Below are positions 11,186-19,481 of a stretch of DNA of 64,000 nt, piece after piece. The stretch's first letter is position 1. The number at the start of each line of letters is the position of its first letter. The stretch is from NCBI GenBank assembly GCA_963744145.1, contig CAVUSO010000001.1, positions 1,568,001-1,632,000 on the forward strand, read 5' to 3'. This stretch comes from an uncultured cyanobacterium (lineage in GTDB: Bacteria; Cyanobacteriota; Cyanobacteriia; Cyanobacteriales; CAWUOF01). Below the pieces are notes generated by a model, which was not told the origin of the DNA, searched no databases, and worked only from the letters and a program-made list of their open reading frames with translations. Position numbers and translations under genes: made by a program.

Positions 11186-12574
11186 ATGATGCCATCTGAA
11201 GTTAAAGCACCTGCACTAAAAAAGCAAGTCCTGTTGGCTGATGATCGACGGAGTATTATTCGCCAAGTGATGGCATTAGCAGTACCAGCAATTGGTCAAT
11301 CATTTTTGGAAACTCTAGTTTTTCTAGTTGACCGCGTAATGATTGGACGCTACGATGGAGATTCTTTAGCATCAATGCAAATTAGTGGCACACTGATTTG
11401 GGCGCTGGTGAGTTTTTTGTCTGCTTTTGGAGTTGGGGGAGCCGCGCTAGTTGGACGTGCGATCGGTGGTGGCGATCGCACTCTAGTTGGGGCTACAGTA
11501 CGTGGAAGTTTGCTATTTGCATTACTAGCAGGAACGATTGTCGCTTGGTTAAGTTTATTCAGTTTAGAGGATATTTTGGAGTTGTTTGCTCCTGCTGGTG
11601 CTGGTGTTCAAGGTGCTTCCCATGATTATTTAGAAATTTTACTTCCAGCCATACCGTTAATGGTATTAGGTAGTGTGGCTGCGGCTTTATGGAGAGCTGC
11701 GGGGAATACCAGAACTCCCTTTCTGATTGCTTTAGCAGCTAATAGTGTTAATGCTGTGATTAATTACTGTTTAATTTTTGGTAATTACGGTTTACCCGCA
11801 CTAGGAGTAAAAGGAGCAGCGATCGGTAGTGTAGTAGCTTTAAGTATTAACGCAATTGTGCTATTAGTGATGCTTGGTTCGAGGAAAAGGGTATTAACTT
11901 GGCGCGGTTTTGGTGGTGAAAAGATGGCGATCGCCCGGGTGTTAAAAATTTCCTGGCCCTCTTTTGGTGAACAATTAGTCCAGCATACGGGAGAATTAGC
12001 CTATCTGGGGATGATTGGGGCATTGGGTGGGATTGCGATGGCAGCAAATCAAGCTTTAATTAGTATCGAGTTAATTTGCTTTATGTCTGCTGAAGGATTT
12101 GGGATTGCTGCTGCGACGATTGTTTCCCAAAATTTAGGTCGGTCACGTCCAGATTGGGCAAATTTAGGGCTACGGGTTGCTACTTTTTTGGCGATCGCTT
12201 GGTTAGGAATATTTAGTTTTCTATTTTTGTTAATTCCGGATCAGTTAATGAGTAGTTTTTCTCCAGATATCCGCATTGTGACTGTGGGTATTCCTTGTCT
12301 TTATATTGCAGCGATCGCTCAACCTTTTATGGCAATTAGTCTAGTATTAGGACAAGCATTTCGGATTGCCGGTGATACTCGCACTGTTTTTTATATCACC
12401 CTGATTGGTTGGTTAATAGTTCGTCTCGGTACTACTTATATTTTTACTTTTGTATTTAACCTCGGACTGATGGGAATTTGGTTAGGGTCAACTTGTGACT
12501 GGATGATTCGTGCTGCTGTTTTAGTGATCATTTTTTTCTGGGGTCGGTGGAGTAAAGTTTTAGGATCGATTTAA
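11186..12574 (+). CDS. MATE family efflux transporter
   Basis: LAVPAI, VDRVMIGR, RAAGNTRTP, LGVKGAAIGS; two-fold internal repeat typical of MATE. Confidence 0.9.
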   Translation: MMPSEVKAPALKKQVLLADDRRSIIRQVMALAVPAIGQSFLETLVFLVDRVMIGRYDGDSLASMQISGTLIWALVSFLSAFGVGGAALVGRAIGGGDRTLVGATVRGSLLFALLAGTIVAWLSLFSLEDILELFAPAGAGVQGASHDYLEILLPAIPLMVLGSVAAALWRAAGNTRTPFLIALAANSVNAVINYCLIFGNYGLPALGVKGAAIGSVVALSINAIVLLVMLGSRKRVLTWRGFGGEKMAIARVLKISWPSFGEQLVQHTGELAYLGMIGALGGIAMAANQALISIELICFMSAEGFGIAAATIVSQNLGRSRPDWANLGLRVATFLAIAWLGIFSFLFLLIPDQLMSSFSPDIRIVTVGIPCLYIAAIAQPFMAISLVLGQAFRIAGDTRTVFYITLIGWLIVRLGTTYIFTFVFNLGLMGIWLGSTCDWMIRAAVLVIIFFWGRWSKVLGSI

Positions 12575-13750
12575 AGGTTCTAATTGATAGCGATCGCGAG
12601 TATAGATTGCCAAAACTAAGACTCCTAATGTCAGGACTCCTGCTAAATAAAGTGGATAGGAATAGGTCTGAGGATTAGTTTGATGAATGATCATACCAGC
12701 AATTATTGGTCCGAAAGCATTAGAAATACTTAGATAAGATGAATTTAATCCCAAAGCTACTCCCTGTTCTTCTGGTCGAGCATTTAAGGAAATTAGTGCA
12801 TTCATGATGGGTTGGACTAAAGAGTTAAATAGGGAAAACACCAAACTGACTCCGACAAAATAACCAATATTTGCCCATAATGGCATTAGGAAAAATGAGC
12901 TACCGCGAATAAATAGACCAACAAATAGAAGAAAGACCAAACTAAATCTTTTTGTTAAAATTGATATTCCCCAAGTCTGCATTAGTACACCTAATAACCC
13001 AAACATTAGAAACATCAAAGTTAAAGATTTACTATTTTGATGTAAAACTTGCAGAAAATAAGGTTGAAAAGCGTAGGTGAAAATTGTGAAAGTTGTACCA
13101 ATTAATAAATTGATAATTAACAAAATTCCGATTTTGGGAAATGCTAATCCTTTAATTAAATTTGCTAGACCTAAATCAAATAATTTATCAGTTGCATCTG
13201 GTTTACCATGATAACTTTCGGGCAGAAAAAAGATGGTAATTAACGTAGCTATAAGTGCGATCACTCCTGAAGTTAAAAATGCTGCACCGAGAGAGATTTG
13301 TTGAGCAATTAAACTGAGTGCAGGTCCTAAAACAAATCCTAATCCAAAAGCAGCTCCATTAATCCCAAAAGCTTTCGCTCGAGCTTCTGGGGTAGTCACA
13401 TCCGAAATTACTGCTTGAGCGACAGAAGCATTACCCCCGGTAATCCCATCCAGAAAACGAGCGAAAAAAAGAACCATTGCTGTTGATGCTGTTCCCGCGA
13501 TAAAATTAGCGATTACTGTTCCTAAAAGACTAATGATTAATAATGGTTTGCGTCCATAGCGATCGGATAGTTTACCAATCACCGGAGTTGCAAAAAATTG
13601 AGCCACGGAATAGATAGAGAATAATAAGCTAGTTTCAAAATCATTGAGATGAAATTCTTTCCCATAAGAGTAAATTACTGGAATTAGAATTGTTAAACTA
13701 AGAGAATTAATTAGAGAAATGAGCGCGATAATCCAAAAATGACGATTCAT
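12560..13750 (-). CDS. MFS transporter (TetA/DHA1-like)
   Basis: GKLSDRYGRKP motif A, ARFLDGITGG, GFVLGPAL. ATG at 13750 preferred over the upstream start in the ORF track. Confidence 0.9.
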   Translation of the reverse strand: MNRHFWIIALISLINSLSLTILIPVIYSYGKEFHLNDFETSLLFSIYSVAQFFATPVIGKLSDRYGRKPLLIISLLGTVIANFIAGTASTAMVLFFARFLDGITGGNASVAQAVISDVTTPEARAKAFGINGAAFGLGFVLGPALSLIAQQISLGAAFLTSGVIALIATLITIFFLPESYHGKPDATDKLFDLGLANLIKGLAFPKIGILLIINLLIGTTFTIFTYAFQPYFLQVLHQNSKSLTLMFLMFGLLGVLMQTWGISILTKRFSLVFLLFVGLFIRGSSFFLMPLWANIGYFVGVSLVFSLFNSLVQPIMNALISLNARPEEQGVALGLNSSYLSISNAFGPIIAGMIIHQTNPQTYSYPLYLAGVLTLGVLVLAIYTRDRYQLEPLNRS

Positions 13751-13908
13751 GTTTTTTTGGGGTGAAAAGATTATTATACCCCAATTTGCAGATTTTTGTA
13801 GGGGTGGGTTCACCGAGATGTTTGAGATTTACCTACTAATCATAAAAACCCACCCTCACCCACAGATCAATCTTATTAATGTATCTTAAGCGCGTGAATT
13901 GGTATCAA

Positions 13909-14007
13909 CATCTTCCAGGAGGAGCAGGTAGAAATCTAATGGGGTGGGATCATCGGAGCGCCATTTTGGCTCGGTTCAAGGTTTTTGCTAGTTATTTTTT
14001 CCCATAA
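13909..14007 (+). pseudogene. 3' remnant of the GUN4-domain gene (module copy A)
   Basis: Near-identical to 21655-21753. Confidence 0.8.
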
Positions 14008-14121
14008 CAATAATTTCTTTGAATAAGTGGAGAGCTTTTTTTGCATGAGGTGCTAAAATGATCATATTCACTTTTCCCATGCTCTTTTTAGGGATAGCGA
14101 TCGCGTTGCTCTTAACAAAAA

Positions 14122-14904
14122 ATGTACGATAACATTTGTAAATTTATCGCCGAAAACTTTAGTGATGATCTGGCGAGTTGGTTATTGGGAACTCCCGTAA
14201 AGTTAACCAAACTAAACCCAAGGGAGTTATCTTTAGAACCGATCCGGATGGACTCTCTGATTTTACAACAGTCAGAAGAGTTAGTTTTGCACACAGAATT
14301 TCAAACCGAGCCCGATCCAGCAATTCCCTTTCGGATGCTAGACTATCGTGTCCGAGGATATCGTTGCTTTCCTGACAAGGAAATGCGTCAGATCGTGGTG
14401 TACTTGCGACCCACCAATTCGGAATTAGTGAGACAAACCAGTTTTAGATTAAGTCGGACTCATCACGAGTTTGATGTAATTCGGCTCTGGGAACAACCAA
14501 CGGAGATATTTCTATCTGCACCAGGGTTATTACCATTTGCAGTGTTGAGTCGGACACCAGAACCAGAGTTAGTATTAAATCAGGTAGCGAGGAGCATTGA
14601 CCAAATTACCGATCGCAATGTTCAAAGTAATATCTGTGCATCCACAGCGATTTTAGCTGGATTAAGATTAAATGGAGAAGTAATTACTAGACTATTAAGG
14701 AGAGAGATTATGCGCGAATCAGTCATCTATCAAGAGATTTTGCAGGAAGGGTTACAGGGAGGAGTAGAGCAAGGGATAGAAATCGGCAAACAACAAGCAA
14801 AAGAGGGGATAGCTGTCAATTTGCTCAAAACTGGGATGACGGTGGAGCAAGTGGTTACTTTTACTGGGTTATCGGTAGAACAAGTACAGCATTTACAGCA
14901 GTAG
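14122..14904 (+). CDS. Rpn family PD-(D/E)XK nuclease/putative transposase, copy A
   Basis: YDNICKF, IRMDSLI, LHTEFQT, PFRMLDY, MRESVIYQEI, C-terminal HTH-like tail. Confidence 0.85.
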   Translation: MYDNICKFIAENFSDDLASWLLGTPVKLTKLNPRELSLEPIRMDSLILQQSEELVLHTEFQTEPDPAIPFRMLDYRVRGYRCFPDKEMRQIVVYLRPTNSELVRQTSFRLSRTHHEFDVIRLWEQPTEIFLSAPGLLPFAVLSRTPEPELVLNQVARSIDQITDRNVQSNICASTAILAGLRLNGEVITRLLRREIMRESVIYQEILQEGLQGGVEQGIEIGKQQAKEGIAVNLLKTGMTVEQVVTFTGLSVEQVQHLQQ

Positions 14905-15023
14905 CTGAGTCAGTAAAAGTGATCGCATGAGTGAGACTTAAGCATGACTGTAAAAATTATCCGGGCTGCGATCGGTATTGTAGATGAATCCAGTTAATTT
15001 ACTGAGCGATCGCATCTGAAAAT

Positions 15024-15089
15024 TTAGCCCGGATATCCTTCTTGGAGATATTTTTCATGAGGGAATTAAGCTGAAAATAAGTCGGTTTT
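15024..15089 (-). pseudogene. 3' remnant (~20 codons) of the HTH-NB-ARC gene (copy A)
   Basis: Matches 16778-16844 including the stop codon, then homology stops abruptly. Confidence 0.8.
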
Positions 15090-15189
15090 CCATCATGTCT
15101 AAATAGGTGGGATTTTCTTCAATAAAGTAAATTAGCGGTGCTGTATCTAATGCTACAAGTTGTCCTTCTAACTGACTTATCCATTCCAT
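15055..15189 (-). pseudogene. truncated PIN/VapC toxin
   Basis: Translates MEWISQLEGQLVALDTAPLIYFIEENPTYLDMM (PIN N-terminal D-T motif), then runs into the NB-ARC remnant and stops after 44 aa. It overlaps the upstream antitoxin stop. Confidence 0.75.
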
Positions 15190-15392
15190 GAAGCTCGTTC
15201 CTGATTAACATATTCTTGTGCATCAATCCCATTCCAAACTTCCTTACCCAATCCCCGCAATTCTGTAATACTATGTTGTGGCTTAGGCATAACCCTGTGA
15301 CGCACATCTGCTAACAGTTCAGCGATCAGTCGCAGTTGTTCATCCGGTGGGAGGCTGAGAGCTTGATTTAGGATCTCGTTATAATTAGACAT
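15177..15392 (-). CDS. putative antitoxin of a VapBC-type pair
   Basis: 71 aa, LPPDEQLRLIAEL...SITELRGLGKEVWNGIDAQEYVNQERASW. Translationally coupled to the PIN fragment. Confidence 0.7.
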   Translation of the reverse strand: MSNYNEILNQALSLPPDEQLRLIAELLADVRHRVMPKPQHSITELRGLGKEVWNGIDAQEYVNQERASWNG

Positions 15393-15465
15393 AGGTTCGC
15401 AAACGTGACTTTTTTAGTGATCATTTCTATTCTAGCAATAATTTTACCCTGATCTTATCCAAAAT

Positions 15466-15668
15466 GCGATCGCGTCGGTTGGAGAAGAAGGGGAGAAGGA
15501 TGGAATTGGTGGACAAAAGAATGGAGCAAAGACGATGACTTGATCTTCTCAGTCAATTCCCCTAAAGGTCATCTTCCAGGAGGAGCAGGTAGAAATCTAG
15601 TGGGATGGGATCATCGGAACGCCATTTTGGCTCGGATCAAGGTTTTTGCTAGTTATTTTTTCCCATAA
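15466..15668 (+). pseudogene. 3' remnant of the GUN4-domain gene starting at a HIP1 site
   Basis: Near-identical to 21551-21753; homology starts at GCGATCGC 15466-15473. Confidence 0.8.
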
Positions 15669-15782
15669 CAATAATTTCTTTGAATAAGTGGAGAGCTTTT
15701 TTTGCATGAGGTGCTAAAATGATCATATTGGCTTTTCTCATGATCTTTTTAGGGATGGCGATCGCGTTGCTCTTAACAAAAA

Positions 15783-16658
15783 ATGTACGATAACATTTGT
15801 AAATTTATCGCCGAAAACTTTAGTGATGATCTGGCGAGTTGGTTATTGGGAATTCCCGTAAAGTTAACCAAACTAAATCCAATGGAGTTATCTTTAGAAC
15901 CGATCCGGATGGACTCTCTGATTTTACAACAGTCAGAAGAGTTAGTTTTGCACACAGAATTTCAAACCGAGCCAGATCCAGCAATTCCCTTTCGGATGCT
16001 AGATTATCGTGTCCGAGGATATCGTTGCTTTCCTAACAAGGAAATGCGTCAGATCGTGGTGTACTTGCGACCCACCAATTCGGAATTAGTGAGACAAACC
16101 AGTTTTAGATTAAGTCGGACTCATCACGAGTTTGATGTAATTCGGCTCTGGGAACAACCAACAGAGATATTCCTATCTGCACCAGGGTTATTACCGTTTG
16201 CAGTGTTGAGTCGGACACCAGAACCAGAGTTAGTATTAAATCAGGTAGCGAGGAGCATTGACCAAATTACCGATCGCAATGTTCAAAGTAATATCTGTGC
16301 ATCCACAGCGATTTTAGCTGGATTAAGATTAAATGGAGAAGTAATTACCAGACTACTAAGGAGAGAGATTATGCGCGAATCAGTCATCTATCAAGAGATT
16401 TTGCATGAAGGGTTACAGGGAGGAGTAGAGCAAGGGATAGAAATCGGTAAACAACAAGGGATAGAAATCGGCAAACAACAAGGGATAGAAATCGGCAAAC
16501 AACAAGGGATAGAAATCGGCAAACAACAAGGGTTACAACAGTTACAGGAAGCAAAAGAGGGAATAGCTATCAATTTGCTCAAAACTGGGATGACGGTGGA
16601 GCAAGTGGTTACTTTTACTGGGTTATCTGTAGAACAAGTACAGCATTTACAGCAGTAG
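15783..16658 (+). CDS. Rpn family nuclease/putative transposase, copy B
   Basis: Nearly identical to copy A, with four GIEIGKQQ repeats. Confidence 0.85.
   Translation: MYDNICKFIAENFSDDLASWLLGIPVKLTKLNPMELSLEPIRMDSLILQQSEELVLHTEFQTEPDPAIPFRMLDYRVRGYRCFPNKEMRQIVVYLRPTNSELVRQTSFRLSRTHHEFDVIRLWEQPTEIFLSAPGLLPFAVLSRTPEPELVLNQVARSIDQITDRNVQSNICASTAILAGLRLNGEVITRLLRREIMRESVIYQEILHEGLQGGVEQGIEIGKQQGIEIGKQQGIEIGKQQGIEIGKQQGLQQLQEAKEGIAINLLKTGMTVEQVVTFTGLSVEQVQHLQQ
16431..16526 (+). repeat. 24-bp in-frame tandem repeat x4
   Basis: CAAGGGATAGAAATCGGYAAACAA; 1 copy in Rpn A, 4 in B, 3 in C. Confidence 0.9.
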
Positions 16659-16777
16659 CTGAGTCAGTAAAAGCGATCGCATAAGTGAGACCTAAGCATG
16701 ACTGTAAAAATTATCCGGGCTGCGATCGATATTGTAGATGAATCCAGTTAATTTATTGAGCGATCGCACCTGAAAAT

Positions 16778-18148
16778 TTAGCCCGGATACCCTTCTTGTA
16801 GATATTTTTTCATGAGGGGATTAAGCTGAAAATAAGTCGGTTTTACTTCAGATTTAGGATCGAGTAATAGCCGTCTTCCCAAAGATTGGATCGCATTTAA
16901 TAAGTCTGAAGTAGCTAACTTGTTTCTGCTGATAATTTGTGGTAATGTTATCGGTGTACTCTCCTGAGCTATATCGATTATAATTTCTTTTTCTGATGGT
17001 GATAATCTGTCAAATTGTCGTTTTAGTTGAACTTGTAAAGATTCACATAAAATTAAACTTTCACATTGGAGAAATTCAGAAACTTTACCTGCAAATAACT
17101 CTTGAATCATTAGAGCAGTAAACTCTAACCAGAGCGGATTTCCTTGGTAGATATTAATTAAAGTTTCCCAGGTTTCTTCATCTAATAAATTATGTTCCCT
17201 CAATATTTCTTTAGCTGCTATACCTAAATTACTTAATACTAAAGAGCGATCGGGACTATTTGATCGCTCTGATTTGGCAAAGTCTCTGATTTTTTCGGAA
17301 CTAATTAACATTAAGCAACTGTGATGAGAAGTTTTTGCTAATCGTCTAAAAAATAGAGGATAATTTTCTAAGGTTGGTTGATATTCTCCAGCAAATTTAC
17401 CGCTCCTAAAAAGCATCTGTACATCATCAAGAATAATCAAGCATCGATAGTTTCGCAGGTAATTGAGGAGTTGGGAAAGTTGCTTTTCAATATTGTGATT
17501 AATTTCTGGAGTTTCACAGAAGTTTTGGAGCAAGTTACTGAGGGTTGTTTCTAGGGTTGGAGAAAAACAAAGACTATAATAAATAATATAATCAAAATTA
17601 GTTTTTATTTGTTCAATTAAACGGAGACTCAGCGCGGTTTTACCAATTCCGCTCATTCCCAAAAGCTCGATCAGACGACAGCGATCGCTGATGATCCAAT
17701 GTTCTAGAGTAGCGAGTTCCGTGGTGCGATCGTAAAAGCTGAATATTTCTGGTGCATCACCTAAATTAATTTGGGGTTGTTTAGGGGTTTGTTGGGGATG
17801 TTGAGGAGATTTTGGCGATCGGGTCTTTTCTGAACAAATGTTAACATTATTAATTCCTCCAAAATTTTCACCAATAGATGAAATATGGTAAGTATTACCA
17901 TTTTCTACTATTGATCTAAAACTTGCTTTACTAACATCTTTTCCTAATCCATCCGATAGGATTTTCCACAATTGCGAACCGATATCCCTGACATAACTTT
18001 CGCTAGAATGGGTCATTTCAGCAATCTTTAGATAAGTCTCATCATGTAGAGTTCCTTGCAAAATAGCCTCTTGCAAATAGTCTAAGTGCTTACCTGTCTT
18101 AGTATAAACTAGCTCATCTGCCAATTTTAAGATTTCCTTAACATCCAT
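16778..18148 (-). CDS. HTH-NB-ARC (STAND) ATPase without a WD40/TPR sensor, copy B
   Basis: Walker A GMSGIGKT, Walker B LIILDD, FYDRTTEL, GNPLWL; N-terminal vWA-MoxR-associated-type HTH (TY.KIAE...YVR...LWK.LS); C-terminal winged helix. Confidence 0.85.
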   Translation of the reverse strand: MDVKEILKLADELVYTKTGKHLDYLQEAILQGTLHDETYLKIAEMTHSSESYVRDIGSQLWKILSDGLGKDVSKASFRSIVENGNTYHISSIGENFGGINNVNICSEKTRSPKSPQHPQQTPKQPQINLGDAPEIFSFYDRTTELATLEHWIISDRCRLIELLGMSGIGKTALSLRLIEQIKTNFDYIIYYSLCFSPTLETTLSNLLQNFCETPEINHNIEKQLSQLLNYLRNYRCLIILDDVQMLFRSGKFAGEYQPTLENYPLFFRRLAKTSHHSCLMLISSEKIRDFAKSERSNSPDRSLVLSNLGIAAKEILREHNLLDEETWETLINIYQGNPLWLEFTALMIQELFAGKVSEFLQCESLILCESLQVQLKRQFDRLSPSEKEIIIDIAQESTPITLPQIISRNKLATSDLLNAIQSLGRRLLLDPKSEVKPTYFQLNPLMKKYLQEGYPG

Positions 18149-18190
18149 AGGTCAACGATGGGATAAGCTTTCTGGCGTATTATATACGAT

Positions 18191-18262
18191 TTTTCCAACA
18201 TTTCCGACACTATTCTGACATTTCCAACTTGGTCACCCCAAAAAATACCCGATTTTTCCAAC
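18191..18262. promoter_or_regulatory. phased direct repeats (candidate operator) in the divergent promoter
   Basis: CCAAC/CCGAC/CTGAC/CCAAC at 18195, 18204, 18215, 18224 and CCAAC at 18258. Minus-strand TATAAT at 18179-18184. Confidence 0.55.
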
Positions 18263-18335
18263 TTGATCTCTAAAATTACCAATACTAAACTTGAGTAGTT
18301 GATAAATGCTAAGTAAATCAAAATAAGAATGTGAT

Positions 18336-18560
18336 ATGGGATACAAGTCAGATCACGATTTTAGAACAGGTTTGTTCAAGCAAGTGACAAAAGGTATGGA
18401 AGATGACCAACCTCAAGAATTCCATCAATTTTTGCATGATTACTATTCAGAGCAGAAAGATAGTATGACTTACCAAGAACTTCTGAAAGCTGCAAAAGAG
18501 TTTATGGAAAATTATCCAGAATATACATGGAATGGTGATAGATGGGTTTTTCAAGAATAA
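18336..18560 (+). CDS. small helical protein, toxin-tip-like (74 aa)
   Basis: Clean ORF. Shares LHD..Y.E(L/I)L..AK and NG..DRW with 24727-24954. Confidence 0.6.
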   Translation: MGYKSDHDFRTGLFKQVTKGMEDDQPQEFHQFLHDYYSEQKDSMTYQELLKAAKEFMENYPEYTWNGDRWVFQE

Positions 18561-18661
18561 GCATCTTGTTTGAATAAAATAGGTTGGCTTAACAAATTAG
18601 AGCAGCATATAATAGTCCACTAATTTTTTTGATAGTAACAATAGGAGATTAGAAGTAAACA

Positions 18662-18904
18662 ATGGCTAAACAAGCGGAAGCACTAATATCGAAATTTGGT
18701 GGCGATTACACTTATGAGGAGTTGCGCCTGATCAAAAAAGATTTTGAACTTTCTAAAATTCAATATGAATATCCAGGTAGTGTAAAAGGTAATAATTTTA
18801 CAGAACTAGAGGAACTGGCTAAAGATGGTGATCCAGATGCAAAAAAAGCAATTAAGCTTCTTCTCCAAACCAATAGACTAAATGAAAAATCAGGTCAAGA
18901 TTGA
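18662..18904 (+). CDS. small protein, toxin-tip-like (80 aa)
   Basis: AGGAG RBS; YPG....FTELEELAKDGDPDAKKAIKLL, reminiscent of polymorphic-toxin C-termini. Confidence 0.6.
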   Translation: MAKQAEALISKFGGDYTYEELRLIKKDFELSKIQYEYPGSVKGNNFTELEELAKDGDPDAKKAIKLLLQTNRLNEKSGQD

Positions 18905-19017
18905 ATAGCCCGAGTAGATTATAGATAGTTTAGATGTTGTCTAAAATTTATTCTTGCTATTTAGAGTTTAGTTCATACTGAGTGGAGTTTCATTCTACAA
19001 GAATCAAGAGACTAATT

Positions 19018-19200
19018 ATGGCTAAAAAACACATGGGTCAAGTTAAAACGCCAACAGGTTCTGCTTACGATTATTATTGGGATGAAAATACTGGTGAAGT
19101 CTATGTTGGTAGCGAATCGGCTGGTAAAGCTTCATCCTCTGATGAAGCTTGGCGTAAAGCTAACTACTACGCAACTACGCTTAAACAATGGAAGGATTGA
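19018..19200 (+). CDS. conserved 60-aa module protein, copy B
   Basis: Highly similar to 25057-25239 (KTPTGS.Y.YYWDE.TGEVYVG.ESAGKASS); homology starts at the ATG at 19018. Confidence 0.75.
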   Translation: MAKKHMGQVKTPTGSAYDYYWDENTGEVYVGSESAGKASSSDEAWRKANYYATTLKQWKD

Positions 19201-19213
19201 TTAAGAAAATTGT

Positions 19214-19431
19214 GATCGCTTCCTTCATAAGCTCTACTGTCTGGTGATATAAAAAATCAAGAAACGTTGAGTTTTTGTTGGGCGATCGCACTTGCTTTCC
19301 CAAAATCTCTACTAAATCTGACTGACAACGAACAATAATTCAAATCAAAATTGTGAATTGATCGCTCCATCAAATCTGATATCTAGTGATTGAAAAAATC
19401 AAAAGAGGTTGAGTTTTTGCTGGGCGATCGC
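19214..19431. repeat. two ~72-bp HIP1-bounded imperfect hairpin repeats
   Basis: 19214-19289 (diverged) and 19360-19431: GATCGC...AAAAATCAA.A.A.GTTGAGTTTTTG.TGGGCGATCGC. Confidence 0.75.
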
Positions 19432-19481
19432 TTCACTAAATCAACAAGTTCTAACAAATTTTAATCCAAACGGAGTTAATT

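Noticed and set aside
13776..13906. Possible degenerate MITE (ATACC..AATT / AATTGGTAT ends) with a REP hairpin at the left island edge
   Set aside because: The ends match poorly and no target duplication is evident, so it is too weak to call.
14122..14904. Rpn genes as IS elements
   Set aside because: No terminal inverted repeats or target duplications; shared flanks extend into neighbouring genes, indicating segmental duplication.
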